Position numbers and translations under genes: made by a program
Shown: positions 10,722 to 21,697 of the stretch, piece by piece
Layout: the number at the start of each line of letters is the position of its first letter
How positions within the stretch are numbered: the first letter of the stretch is position 1
The notes under the pieces: model-generated
Databases searched by the model: none
Seen by the model: the letters and a program-made list of their open reading frames with translations, nothing else
What the model was told of the DNA's origin: nothing
Origin: a virus
Strand: one strand, 5' to 3'
Length of the DNA stretch: 64,000 nt
IMG/VR virus record: IMGVR_UViG_3300028588_000016
Coordinates: 96,001-160,000 of that record

Positions 10722-11627
10722 TTAAAATGTATAATTATAGCTACTATCTGATGATGGACTTACTGCAGTTATTAATACTGTAGAGAATGGACTACCTGTT
10801 GGCGTAGATGTAGAAACATTATTGTTTCCAACATTAATAGAAACCAATCCATTTCCTACTGCTCCGTTTTCATCTTGCCAATAAAAGTCTATATTAACAA
10901 CTGATGCAACAGGGCTTGAAGAATTAAAGTAAACATAATAACCATCGTTACTTACTGATATATTATTATTTGATAATTGGCATGAACCCATTTCAGCAAC
11001 ATACGTTTCTATAGTTCCACTTCCTATACCGCCGACATTACGGATAGCCGTTCTTAACCACACTCTAATTCCTGATGTATTAACGTATGAATAATATCCT
11101 GAATTAGTTATTCCACCAGCTTGAGAGCTGTAAATTGTATCTCCTATGTTTGGAACTCCGTTACTGTTTGCTACATATAAAGTACCAGTACTAAACGAAC
11201 TAGTACAAATAGCACTCATATTAAATGTTGGATCAGAATAATAGTATAATTGATTACTAGGAGATAACGAATAGTATTGAACACAAGCACTTACTGCAGC
11301 AATTTTACCACCGGTAGCTAATGTTAAAACCGTTCTAATTCCATTATTATCTATATAAGATAAGAAATTTCCATCAGTATTTATTCCCGGATATATAACT
11401 GCATAATAAGGATTATTAAAAAAGAATATAGTCCTTCCGGCAACTGCTAAACCATCTGGCTCCATTACATACAAAGGCCAATTATAACCAGTAGGTCTGC
11501 TGTCAATTAGTTGACAAGCGTCTCCCGGATTATCAGCACTAACCCAAGTTCTGGTATCTACTTGATTTAATGTAAAAAATGTCTTTGTTACAGGACATTT
11601 AACTGTTATTTTATCAAAATCTGCCAT
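10722..11627 (-). CDS. putative tail-fibre accessory / structural protein
   Basis: 301 aa, beta-rich S/T/N/G composition, coupled to upstream gene. Confidence 0.5.
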   Translation of the reverse strand: MADFDKITVKCPVTKTFFTLNQVDTRTWVSADNPGDACQLIDSRPTGYNWPLYVMEPDGLAVAGRTIFFFNNPYYAVIYPGINTDGNFLSYIDNNGIRTVLTLATGGKIAAVSACVQYYSLSPSNQLYYYSDPTFNMSAICTSSFSTGTLYVANSNGVPNIGDTIYSSQAGGITNSGYYSYVNTSGIRVWLRTAIRNVGGIGSGTIETYVAEMGSCQLSNNNISVSNDGYYVYFNSSSPVASVVNIDFYWQDENGAVGNGLVSINVGNNNVSTSTPTGSPFSTVLITAVSPSSDSSYNYTF

Positions 11628-12133
11628 TATATTACTATTGATTTAGCTACTGTTATTTTAAGACTAGTCGATGTATTGTGCACATAGCTATAAATAATTT
11701 TAGTTGTGAATGTTTCTGTTGGTGCTGAACCAACATACTCATATACTAAACGACTGACATTTTGATACTCTGCGTAAATCCTAATATGTCTTTGATTATT
11801 TGTATAGGTTATATTACAATCTATTTCTATTATACCTGAAAGCGTTCCTATATCGACAGTTTCACTATATTGATCCAATCCTGAATTATATTGAAATTCA
11901 GTTCCACATGCTATATTTAAAATAGCTTGAATTAAAGCTTTCGTAATCCAATTTGTACCACCTCCGCCAATAGGTACTATTCTTAACTTAGTGTTGGCTT
12001 CGTTAGTTGTAATCCAGTTATTATTTGTAGTAACAGACTGACCAGCATTTAGCTGAATCAGTCCGTTATTTATTGCATCTTGGATTTCTGCATTAGTTAT
12101 CCAATCATTTGGACCTCGATCATTATATCCCAT
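11627..12133 (-). CDS. hypothetical protein with three N-x-W-I-T repeats
   Basis: NDWIT, NNWIT, TNWIT; overlaps tail fibre stop. Confidence 0.55.
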   Translation of the reverse strand: MGYNDRGPNDWITNAEIQDAINNGLIQLNAGQSVTTNNNWITTNEANTKLRIVPIGGGGTNWITKALIQAILNIACGTEFQYNSGLDQYSETVDIGTLSGIIEIDCNITYTNNQRHIRIYAEYQNVSRLVYEYVGSAPTETFTTKIIYSYVHNTSTSLKITVAKSIVI

Positions 12134-15100
12134 TTTCTAATTCTGTTACTCTTTCTTTTAAACGTTTAACTTCCAAAGTTAACAATTCTACTTGATTTAA
12201 GGCTAACTTTTCAGGGTTTTCTTTAAACACCAAATCAGGACACCAACTATCAATTTCTTGTGCTGAATATCCATAATGAACTTTAGTATCAAGTCCGTTC
12301 TTCCAAGTAAAAGCAATTGTTCTATCCTTATCTAACCAAGTTAAATCTAAGTTATTATTAACTAGATTTTTATACCTAATGTCTGATGTGCCGCCACCGC
12401 CACTAGCAGTAACATATCCGCTAAATTGTGCATTACCTTGTGTACTTACATAAAATCTTGGATTATTTCTATCACCAAAATGGAAACCTATTGCATCGTT
12501 ACCACCCACTGGTGACCAAGCTTGATAGTAACCTATACCAAATTCTACAGCATTAGCTAGTCTCCAAATGTTATTATGACCCTGCGCATATTCGTTATTA
12601 CTGAAACCTCCATTAGTACCTGTACCTGCTGAAATACCTGCTCTAGTCCAAATACCATTACCAATTGCAGTTTGTGTTACACCTGCTTCTGTAATCAACA
12701 TTTGGTGTCCTAAACCTGCTTTTGATTGACCACCTACATTTGTATGTGTCCAAACAATACCGTAGCTATTAGCTAACGATGTACCATCGGCAGCAGGTCT
12801 GTAACTAGCACCCATTGAAAAAACAGATTGATAACGAGATGCATCGTAGAGACCTACTAAACCAAGACCATAGTCATTTACGTTATAGTTTCCACCCATT
12901 GTCTGATATTCAACTGCTCTAACTTGTGCATCAACCCAAAAAGGTTTACTTCCATAAACCCTTACCCAAGTAGTGTCACTCATATAAACACCACCACCGT
13001 AAGTATCATTAATCCAACCCGATGAACCACCACTTCTAAACCAGTTGCTACAGCTTACTGAACCATTAACACCACTATCATATCCTGTAAAGATTCTACC
13101 GCCACCGACTAATATTGTACCTTCTACTTGAGATGCTCTGAATTTTTCATGTGCAGTTCCCGGATTATTAGTAATTTCAATAGTCCCATCGGTTGCTATA
13201 GTTATACTAGATGCCACTACACCTTGCATATGGAAACCTAATCTTGGTCTAATTGCACCATCCCCTAATAATTCTACTGTAGCTTGATCATATTGATTAC
13301 CTGTACCACCGCCAATTCTCCATCGTGAACTTGATAAAAACCCTACTGATGTAGCAGCTAATGAGTGATATGCAGCACCATCCCACCAATTTTCTCTCCA
13401 CGATAAAGCAGCACCATCAGATAATCTGCTAATATATTTATGGTAAATATCTGACCTCTGATTTTGAACAGCGGTATAGTATGGAGCATCTGCACTTACT
13501 TGTTGTAAAGAAGCACCGTTATGTAACGTAATAGTTCTATATAGATTACTATTCCTTGCTGCAACTGTGTCTAATGTTTCAGCACTTGCACTACCTCTGA
13601 TGTTCATTGGAACACTGTTCCCAAAATCAGAATTATCTACTTTAAAAGTTACGTTACTACCATCCCAACCCCAATTAATTCCGTTAGTGCCATTATAACT
13701 CTTAAGTCTTTCAGCAACAACTGATTGCTCAGAATATCTTGAACTATCCACTCTTACAGCATATGTTGCTACCCCATTCCAACCCATTAAATTTGGAAGT
13801 GCTGCACTCCAAGTGTGTTGTGGATTAGTCCTATCTATTGCAGTACCATTTGGTGCAGTACCGTTTGATGCATCAAAAATTACGTGATCATTTCCATAAT
13901 TTTTCCAACGCAACATTCTGGAAACATTAATGTCTTGAGTTGAATCGGTCATAGGGTTGTTTATGTCGGCTCCGGTTAAAGTACTTCTATATGCTAAAGA
14001 ACCTAAACCTAAATCACTTTTTACTTGATTGGTATCACCGCTATGATATAAATTAAACCAAGGATTCCAAGCTGTTGCATCACCATTTTTTAAACGCATA
14101 GCTAATCTACGACCATCACCGTATTGACCATTTAATTGTAAGCCGTAACCTTGTGCACCAAAGTGACCTAAATAACCATTGTAAGGTGCATTAACTGCAT
14201 AGGTAAAGTTGGAAGTATGTTCTGGTACTGTATTAGCATCTGCTGTAAATGTGTTATATCTATGATATAATAAATAATTTTCAGATGCCATTGATGTTAA
14301 ACCTAAAAATGATTTAACTGTGGCTGCACTACTTCTTCTTAAATAACCATCACCTGCTGTTGTTACTATATCACTAACACCAATAGCATCCACAGCAGGG
14401 CCTGTCATTTTATAGTAAACTGCATTTAGATTACCACCGCTATCTCTTTGTGCAAGTGTCCAAGGGGTTTCACTTGTACTCGGTACTTCACTTCTATATG
14501 CTAGTGAACCTAATATATTATCAGTCACAATAGTTTGCCAGCTACCTATACCACCATCACCATTTGTACGTACGGATACTCTAGCGTTTGCGTTGGGTGG
14601 TGCACTGAATTGTGTTGTGTAAACATCAACACCATAAGATAAAAAGGGACCGTAATCGTTACCACCGCTTGGTACATTACTACCTGCGAATAGTTTACCA
14701 CCACCATTTATATTTTGAGTGTTAGCATCATAACCAGCGTTACCTATGATCTTCATATAAGCACCGGAATTATAATCACCCAACCCTAAATCAGATTTAA
14801 TTTCTGCTGTGTTAGCTGAAGTGTAAATGCTATACCAACTATTCCAAGTAGTTTCAATACCATTTCTTACTCTTAATTGAGGTACACCAGTTGCATTAAG
14901 GAAAGCAGAACCAAAAGCTAATTGGTATGATGCATCACCTGTACTTGCTATTGTACCAGTCCAAGGTGAAAAGGTCATCACACCTCCGTAATTACCACCT
15001 GAATTTATTAGGTTAGCGTTAACAAAATCAAATCTTACCCTGTTAGGGTTCGCACTTGGATGAATATCGTTTGGAACTCTACTACCGTCAGGTGAAATTA

Positions 15101-18100
15101 CATAATTAGAAAATGATGCACCACCTGTTGTAAAACTTGCTATGTTATCTCCGTTGTTAATATATGCTAAACTACCTAAACCCAACCAAGCTTGTACAGC
15201 ACCACTCGCTGCTGGTTGCCACCTGTTGCTTGGTGAATAAGCCATTAAGAATGAATTAACAGTTGGTGTACCTTCACCATGATAATTTTGACCATTCCAT
15301 GCAACTGAATTAGCTACATTAAAATTAGATGGGTTGTAAACGTACATATCTTCTGCTGTACTACTTCCCCATAACCATTGAGGTTGCCCACTTTGACCAT
15401 TCCAATGAAAACGCATTCCTGTCGAATCATTGTTAACTATATTAACACGTTCAGCAGTACCTGTGATATTTATTCCCCAAGTACCACTAGCGTTTTCACC
15501 ACCACTTCTTGCTAACGTTACAACTGAATTACTTGTTGTATGACGCATATAAGGCGCATCAATGCTGTTACCTGCAAATCCAGCATAAGTTGCACCATCA
15601 GCTATTAGCCATCTTGTATCACCTTGAGCAAATGTTATCCAGTTACCATAGTTACCTAAGTCATTAGTAAATTGACTTAAGTTTGTAGGACGATCTGTTA
15701 TTTGTGCCCAAGTATGTGTATGCCCTAGTAAAGAATATCTTGTATCTGCAAAAGTTTGTACTCTTGCATTTGTGAAATATAAGTTACCAAATTCTGTAAC
15801 TTGAGATGTAGTGTAATCACCCGCAGCTGAACTAACCGGGCCAGTTCTTCCGTTAAACGAAGTTACTGCTCCACCTGTTCCTGCTCCGGGAGTGGATGTA
15901 ATAATTACTTTATTAGTGGCAGGATCATAACTGATAGATGTATCACCTGTACCTTCAAACCTTAATAAGTTTTGATTATATAAATTGAACTGTGGAACTC
16001 CTGCACTGTTTGCAATTCCAATATGAACATCTGCAAGTTCTTCTGGAGTTACGTAGTTTAAGTCATCAATAAACTGACTAAGATTAGTAGGTCTATTAGT
16101 AATCTCTGCCCATAAATGAGTATGACCTAACTTAGAGTAAAGAGTATCTGCATACAATTTTACTCTCGCATTTGTATAATATAAGTTAGATCCCTCGGGT
16201 ATCTCTGAAGTAGAAATAGCTCTAGTAGTCCAATTAGTTAAGTGACCGTATTGATCAACCAACAAATTACTTATGAAACTATTACCTGTTAAAGCAGTTT
16301 TGCTAGTCCAAGTACCTACGTTATGTTTGATGTTTATGTTGTTTGCGAAGAGGTTACCTCCACCATTTAAACCATCTGATCCTGTTATATTTCTTGACTT
16401 AATTGTCTCTAAGTCTTTAATCCATAGTACACCGTTTTCGTAATCTAACTCTGTACCTAAGATCATCTTAGTTCCTACATAATTACCTTTAATGTAAGCA
16501 TTATCGGAATAGAAACCCTTTTCTAAATTATCTTCAACTAATCCTAAGTCTTCGTCAACAATGTCAGAAAGATCTCCTACACGCAACCTAAGTTGATCTG
16601 TTTGAGTTTTTAAACCTGTTTCGATTAACTCTTCATCAAAATATATATTGTCTATAAACTCATTAAAAGAGGTTATATTTGAAGACATTTCTATAAACGG
16701 ACTGTTAGAATCAGCACCGTTTAGTTGAATTAAACATTCTTCATCGAATCTGTTACCTAATTTAATAAGTTTAGTTTCTGAGTTTAGACCACTGTCGTAA
16801 GCATAAACATATACACTATTACCAGACTTTTTAATTACTTCTACGTAGCTAGTTTTGGTAACATTCTTATCTTCGTCCCAATAGCGATAGAAGTATAAAT
16901 CACCTAGTTTAACTGAACTGTGATCTGTATTTAGATTAACTTGATATAAGTTGATCGAAAAAGCTTCTACTAAATTACCATTGGTTACAGGTATGAAACT
17001 GTTAGTTCCTGCATCGTAATTATATTCTCCTGTAGGAGTGAATAAGTTACCATTACTGTTTTTATTTAACAGAGAGTAACCAACTGAATTACCAGTAGAA
17101 TCCTTGTCACCTATACCAAAAGCTAAGTCTATGAGATTTAAAGTCTTAACTTCATCTACGTCTTCTTCATCTATAATAGCAGGATTAATCCTTACTACGT
17201 TAGCATAGTGAGAACGATCTTTAAGTTTAAATTCTACACCATTTGATGAGTAACGACCTACTTTAGTTTTATCTAAATATACACCGAAACTTTCTACTAA
17301 AAATGCAGTTAATACGATAGTGCTGAAATTTAAAATTAAAGAACCATCTACTGCATTAGACTTATAAGTAATAGAAGTGTCTGCGTTATTTCTAACAATT
17401 AAATTGTCGACTTCTAGTGTCCAATCATTGTTATAGTTTTTAGTTAAGGCGTAACCTTGTCCACTTAAACCAGATACGAAATCTTTAGATTTAAGTTCTT
17501 TATTAATGTAAACAGTATCTACAAAATTAGAAGTACCACTTACATTAAAGTTATATGCGTAATCAATTGCTCCAACTCCTACGTTGTTAGCTCCTATCGA
17601 TAAAGGATTCTGATATACTTGTGAACTACCACCTGTAATAAATCTAATAACTCCACCGTTAGGATCTTGCGACGATATGTAACTTTCATTACCGTTATTC
17701 CACATAGCAAGACCTTTTGTAAAGTCTTTACCTAAGTAGTAGCCTTTGAATTTACTTTCATTAGGTGGCAAGTAATTTGATAGGTAATCACCTTTAATTT
17801 GAATGTATCCGCTAGTAGTTGAATCTACGATTATAGAACCTGTTACAGTACCGCCTTGTTTAGCTAGATAAAGTTCTTTCCAATTTAAAGGATCTGACGG
17901 ATCACCGCTTTCATAAGCATAGTGTTTCTTATCTTCAATTGAAAATATTAATTGACCTTCGTATACATTAGATAAGTCAAATAATGTAACATCGTTTAGA
18001 GTAGGTATTAAATAACCACTGTTCAATAAAACAGTACGTTTTTCTGTACCTTCTAGTTCTTGAGTTTCATTATAAGCTAAATAAAGTTTACCATCTCCTC

Positions 18101-18458
18101 CCTCATCATCTTCTTGTGCTTGGTTTATCTTTATGTAAGAATTACCATAAGTTATATAGAAAGATTTGTCGTCATTAACATAAACTAGAATACCCTCTCC
18201 AGGATAAGCTAAGGCAGCTAAATCAGAGTTAGTTGCCAATACAATTACAGATCCTGTTATTGTAGAGCTTGAACCGGCTAGGGTAAGAGGAATGTCGTAA
18301 AATTTATTACCTACTTGTACTTTGATACCACCTTGAGTACGAAGTATTAAATCTCTTTCAGCGTTACCAAGAACGGTTTGCTGTTTACCGGCGATAAGTC
18401 CCAGTTCTGCAACTGGGACATTAACGTCGTTTTTATCTTGTATGAATAATCTTTCCAT
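12123..18458 (-). CDS. long tail fibre with C-terminal intramolecular chaperone (peptidase S74-like)
   Basis: 2111 aa Gly/Asn-rich; SDIRYK...GYSAQE...coiled-coil C-terminus; GHTH motifs and LGSLAY repeats. Confidence 0.85.
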   Translation of the reverse strand: MERLFIQDKNDVNVPVAELGLIAGKQQTVLGNAERDLILRTQGGIKVQVGNKFYDIPLTLAGSSSTITGSVIVLATNSDLAALAYPGEGILVYVNDDKSFYITYGNSYIKINQAQEDDEGGDGKLYLAYNETQELEGTEKRTVLLNSGYLIPTLNDVTLFDLSNVYEGQLIFSIEDKKHYAYESGDPSDPLNWKELYLAKQGGTVTGSIIVDSTTSGYIQIKGDYLSNYLPPNESKFKGYYLGKDFTKGLAMWNNGNESYISSQDPNGGVIRFITGGSSQVYQNPLSIGANNVGVGAIDYAYNFNVSGTSNFVDTVYINKELKSKDFVSGLSGQGYALTKNYNNDWTLEVDNLIVRNNADTSITYKSNAVDGSLILNFSTIVLTAFLVESFGVYLDKTKVGRYSSNGVEFKLKDRSHYANVVRINPAIIDEEDVDEVKTLNLIDLAFGIGDKDSTGNSVGYSLLNKNSNGNLFTPTGEYNYDAGTNSFIPVTNGNLVEAFSINLYQVNLNTDHSSVKLGDLYFYRYWDEDKNVTKTSYVEVIKKSGNSVYVYAYDSGLNSETKLIKLGNRFDEECLIQLNGADSNSPFIEMSSNITSFNEFIDNIYFDEELIETGLKTQTDQLRLRVGDLSDIVDEDLGLVEDNLEKGFYSDNAYIKGNYVGTKMILGTELDYENGVLWIKDLETIKSRNITGSDGLNGGGNLFANNINIKHNVGTWTSKTALTGNSFISNLLVDQYGHLTNWTTRAISTSEIPEGSNLYYTNARVKLYADTLYSKLGHTHLWAEITNRPTNLSQFIDDLNYVTPEELADVHIGIANSAGVPQFNLYNQNLLRFEGTGDTSISYDPATNKVIITSTPGAGTGGAVTSFNGRTGPVSSAAGDYTTSQVTEFGNLYFTNARVQTFADTRYSLLGHTHTWAQITDRPTNLSQFTNDLGNYGNWITFAQGDTRWLIADGATYAGFAGNSIDAPYMRHTTSNSVVTLARSGGENASGTWGINITGTAERVNIVNNDSTGMRFHWNGQSGQPQWLWGSSTAEDMYVYNPSNFNVANSVAWNGQNYHGEGTPTVNSFLMAYSPSNRWQPAASGAVQAWLGLGSLAYINNGDNIASFTTGGASFSNYVISPDGSRVPNDIHPSANPNRVRFDFVNANLINSGGNYGGVMTFSPWTGTIASTGDASYQLAFGSAFLNATGVPQLRVRNGIETTWNSWYSIYTSANTAEIKSDLGLGDYNSGAYMKIIGNAGYDANTQNINGGGKLFAGSNVPSGGNDYGPFLSYGVDVYTTQFSAPPNANARVSVRTNGDGGIGSWQTIVTDNILGSLAYRSEVPSTSETPWTLAQRDSGGNLNAVYYKMTGPAVDAIGVSDIVTTAGDGYLRRSSAATVKSFLGLTSMASENYLLYHRYNTFTADANTVPEHTSNFTYAVNAPYNGYLGHFGAQGYGLQLNGQYGDGRRLAMRLKNGDATAWNPWFNLYHSGDTNQVKSDLGLGSLAYRSTLTGADINNPMTDSTQDINVSRMLRWKNYGNDHVIFDASNGTAPNGTAIDRTNPQHTWSAALPNLMGWNGVATYAVRVDSSRYSEQSVVAERLKSYNGTNGINWGWDGSNVTFKVDNSDFGNSVPMNIRGSASAETLDTVAARNSNLYRTITLHNGASLQQVSADAPYYTAVQNQRSDIYHKYISRLSDGAALSWRENWWDGAAYHSLAATSVGFLSSSRWRIGGGTGNQYDQATVELLGDGAIRPRLGFHMQGVVASSITIATDGTIEITNNPGTAHEKFRASQVEGTILVGGGRIFTGYDSGVNGSVSCSNWFRSGGSSGWINDTYGGGVYMSDTTWVRVYGSKPFWVDAQVRAVEYQTMGGNYNVNDYGLGLVGLYDASRYQSVFSMGASYRPAADGTSLANSYGIVWTHTNVGGQSKAGLGHQMLITEAGVTQTAIGNGIWTRAGISAGTGTNGGFSNNEYAQGHNNIWRLANAVEFGIGYYQAWSPVGGNDAIGFHFGDRNNPRFYVSTQGNAQFSGYVTASGGGGTSDIRYKNLVNNNLDLTWLDKDRTIAFTWKNGLDTKVHYGYSAQEIDSWCPDLVFKENPEKLALNQVELLTLEVKRLKERVTELENGI

Positions 18459-18467
18459 TTATGGTAA

Positions 18468-18773
18468 TTATACTGTTGTTATATCTTTATCTGCATTCTT
18501 TGTTAGCAATAAGTCTTCTGACTTTTCTGCTAATACTGTATCTACCGTTGCAAACCTAGATACTAACGCTACAGCTGCTGACATTGCTGCAACATACTTA
18601 GCGATGAATTTATAATCTTCTGGAATGATTGCATCGTTCTCTGCTAAGAAAGTAGAGATACCAGCTAATACAACACCGATCATTGATAAACGTCTCCAAT
18701 ATCTAGGTGTCTCACTTTTAATCCTTTGCCAAGTAACGACAAAGTAATTTTTAATCATATTTAGTATTTCCAT
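18468..18773 (-). CDS. putative holin
   Basis: Two hydrophobic segments, charged C-tail, directly downstream of endolysin; start reassigned to ATG 18773. Confidence 0.55.
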   Translation of the reverse strand: MEILNMIKNYFVVTWQRIKSETPRYWRRLSMIGVVLAGISTFLAENDAIIPEDYKFIAKYVAAMSAAVALVSRFATVDTVLAEKSEDLLLTKNADKDITTV

Positions 18774-18829
18774 GTTTCTATTATTTATTACAAATATAGC
18801 TACAAAATGTCTTATTTCAAAATACTTTA

Positions 18830-19300
18830 TTACGAAGCTATTTCGAAGTGCATCCAATCATAGTTCTTCTCTCTACCTAAAGAAAGGAAACCATGTTTGT
18901 AAAAGATATCAATCATAGCTTTGTATTCCGGTCTTGCAAAACGAGCTGTTCTGCTTGTTTCTTTGAGTAAATTACGATCTGGATCTAAATCAATAGCTGT
19001 TCCCCACGAGTGACGAGACAAGGTAGTCTTACTACCTCTCATTAATCTGTAGTTAAAACAACCACCGTAAAGATCAATACCTAGCTCTACAATCTTTTCG
19101 TAACCATAATGTGCTAAAATATCTTTAAAGACAGCGACTAATTTATCTGCTATTAGTTTATGACATTGAATTCTTGTTGCGTAATTCTTTCTATCCCAAG
19201 CTATTCTCATCTTATAAGGAAGAGTAATATAAGTTAAGTACCCCGCGCCTGTAGCGTTAGGGGTACCATATTTCTTGTTTAATTGTTCTGTTGTTATCAT
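18830..19300 (-). CDS. endolysin, M15-family peptidase
   Basis: NYR...[11 protein letters not shown]...WMHFE zinc-binding motifs. Confidence 0.85.
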   Translation of the reverse strand: MITTEQLNKKYGTPNATGAGYLTYITLPYKMRIAWDRKNYATRIQCHKLIADKLVAVFKDILAHYGYEKIVELGIDLYGGCFNYRLMRGSKTTLSRHSWGTAIDLDPDRNLLKETSRTARFARPEYKAMIDIFYKHGFLSLGREKNYDWMHFEIAS

Positions 19301-19344
19301 AATTATTTCTTTCTGTTAAAATTGTTTTAATTCTTGTGCTGTCA

Positions 19345-21687
19345 TTAGAATGGTACTTCTGGAAATTTATATTTAATAAAACCACTTGAGGTTCTATAAG
19401 GAGCGTAATTATCTAAAACACTTAATCCTGATGTATCGTCTATAAGAGGTAAACTTTGTACATAAGCTTTAGTTAATCCAACTGAACCTCCACTACTTTC
19501 AATTTTAATAAGATTACCTGAATCATCAACTCCTAACGCACTCGCTTCACCTGCAAGAGCACTAAGTCTTAAATTACCACTTAATAAAGTATCACCATCA
19601 ACTGTTAATCTATTACCGTTTTCCGTAAAGACACCTCCGTCTTGTAAGATTAAGTTACCAGTCTCTGGCATCATTCTAAACTTGTGAGTATTATTAATCT
19701 TAATACCAAAGAACGAATCACCAGTTGTTGTATTTAATACAGTTTCATTTGGATCTAAATATAAGATTGCTCTTTTAGAACCACCCCAAGTAAGCATGTC
19801 ACCGTTAGCTTCTTTATGGTAACTGTTTGCTTCGATATTGCCAATAACAATCTGATTACCTGTAAAAGAATTGGCGACATCTAATCTAGCGTAATCAGAC
19901 AAATCAATAGGTGTTCCTCCACCTCCAGACTGAGCATCTACATAAGCTTTAGTAGCAAAATCGTCTGGTAAAAATGGGGTACCACCAGATACTCTAGCTA
20001 ATTTATATTCGCCATCTTGAACAAGGTTGAAAACAGCACTTGTTGAATCTGTATTTTCAGAACCGGCACTTAAATGAAGTGATGTAGAATTATTATTGTC
20101 ATGTCTATTTGCAACTAACTTAACACCGGTTATCAAACCATTACCAAATGAAACTTCAAGAGCCGGTTTAATAATACCGTCGTAAACAAAAGAAATCATT
20201 CCATTATTATATGGAGTATTCTTATTAGCTTGAAATAACATACCTCTACCAGTAACAGGTTCATCACCAGGTTCTGTTATAAATAGACCTACATTATTAT
20301 TTATTTTAGAATCAACATAGCGTTTAGTAACAAGAACTTCTTCGTCTCCTACTCCCCAATTAGCGGAATAATCCTCATAATAATATAAACCTTTATTGGT
20401 TAGAGTATCAGTAAATTTAGTAGAAATAGTAGGGTCTGAACTAATATTAAAACCTCTACCATTAGTATTACCTAATATTAAATAATCTCCTGCACTAGAA
20501 ACACCTGCTAGAATACCTACAGTTTTAGCATTCAAAAATCCACTACTAAATACAGCAAAACCTGAAGTTTTAGATAAACTAAATAAACCTCCCCCACTAA
20601 TTGCTCCAATAGTAATGGGGTCTATATAGTCTCCACCTAATCCAACAACTCCTTCAGTTTCAGTAAGACCGTTGTTAAATATATAAGAACTTCCTCCACC
20701 TGTAATATCGGATAATAAAGCAATAACTCCATCTTTATCCTGAAAAGTTTGTAATCTATCGTTACCTGCTGATAAAGTAGATACTAAATTTAAATAACCT
20801 CCTATACCGGCATCTCCAATTGTTATATAATCAGAACCAATATTTGTAGCTTTGGATCCGTTAATAATTCCAATAGAAGTATAATCAATAGATATAGTAT
20901 TTAAATCACCATCACCTAATAATATAAAATTATCTTGAGCTGTTTCAGGACTAGCAATTATATAACCTGTATCACTAATAAGAGCAAAAGTATCTAAAGC
21001 CCATTTAGCATTTGGAATCCAATTATTATCTAAAGGGAATGTTCTTCCTATAGAATAATCATTAGCATAAAAAGCACCTCTCCCTGTAATTTCATCTAAT
21101 AATTGAATACCTAAAAGACTATCTGTTGACGTGGGCGAATTATCTATAATAATAGCACGACTCGTTCCACCAAAGCCACCTGCTCTTAAATCCACATTGA
21201 CTAATGTATCATCTATATTATGAGCTACTATACTGGCTTGATTTGCAGGTGAACTACCTCTAGCAATAAACATTGCTTGAGTATCTGACAAATCTAAAAA
21301 AGTGGAACCTGATAAGTTTGATATATTTATACTACCTTCATAACTACCGCCCAACTGTACAAACCCATCTTCAGTTATATGAAGACCTTGATTAGCTTTA
21401 ACTCCTGCGGAGTTTCCTAAATTTAGCCATTGCTCCCTAGTTAAATGATACCTTTCACTAGCATTACCTCCCTGTATTCCAGTAAGAAGATTATGTATAG
21501 ATAACCAAGGCCCGTTTGACGGGGCTCTTTGGCTTTCTATTCCTAATAAAGGAGGACAATAATCTGGATCTATTTCTAAAGGTTTCTCTAACGTAATAAA
21601 GTTATTATCTGTATAGTTATTTAAATCTACATTCTCTATTTGTTCCTTGAAGTTTTCATCTTCACACGATAAGAATCCTGTTTTCAT
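19345..21687 (-). CDS. putative tail / fibre structural protein
   Basis: 780 aa Gly-rich; GIQGG...YHL motif; repeated GL-x5-VxLGG segments. Confidence 0.55.
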   Translation of the reverse strand: MKTGFLSCEDENFKEQIENVDLNNYTDNNFITLEKPLEIDPDYCPPLLGIESQRAPSNGPWLSIHNLLTGIQGGNASERYHLTREQWLNLGNSAGVKANQGLHITEDGFVQLGGSYEGSINISNLSGSTFLDLSDTQAMFIARGSSPANQASIVAHNIDDTLVNVDLRAGGFGGTSRAIIIDNSPTSTDSLLGIQLLDEITGRGAFYANDYSIGRTFPLDNNWIPNAKWALDTFALISDTGYIIASPETAQDNFILLGDGDLNTISIDYTSIGIINGSKATNIGSDYITIGDAGIGGYLNLVSTLSAGNDRLQTFQDKDGVIALLSDITGGGSSYIFNNGLTETEGVVGLGGDYIDPITIGAISGGGLFSLSKTSGFAVFSSGFLNAKTVGILAGVSSAGDYLILGNTNGRGFNISSDPTISTKFTDTLTNKGLYYYEDYSANWGVGDEEVLVTKRYVDSKINNNVGLFITEPGDEPVTGRGMLFQANKNTPYNNGMISFVYDGIIKPALEVSFGNGLITGVKLVANRHDNNNSTSLHLSAGSENTDSTSAVFNLVQDGEYKLARVSGGTPFLPDDFATKAYVDAQSGGGGTPIDLSDYARLDVANSFTGNQIVIGNIEANSYHKEANGDMLTWGGSKRAILYLDPNETVLNTTTGDSFFGIKINNTHKFRMMPETGNLILQDGGVFTENGNRLTVDGDTLLSGNLRLSALAGEASALGVDDSGNLIKIESSGGSVGLTKAYVQSLPLIDDTSGLSVLDNYAPYRTSSGFIKYKFPEVPF

Positions 21688-21697
21688 TTCTTTCTTA

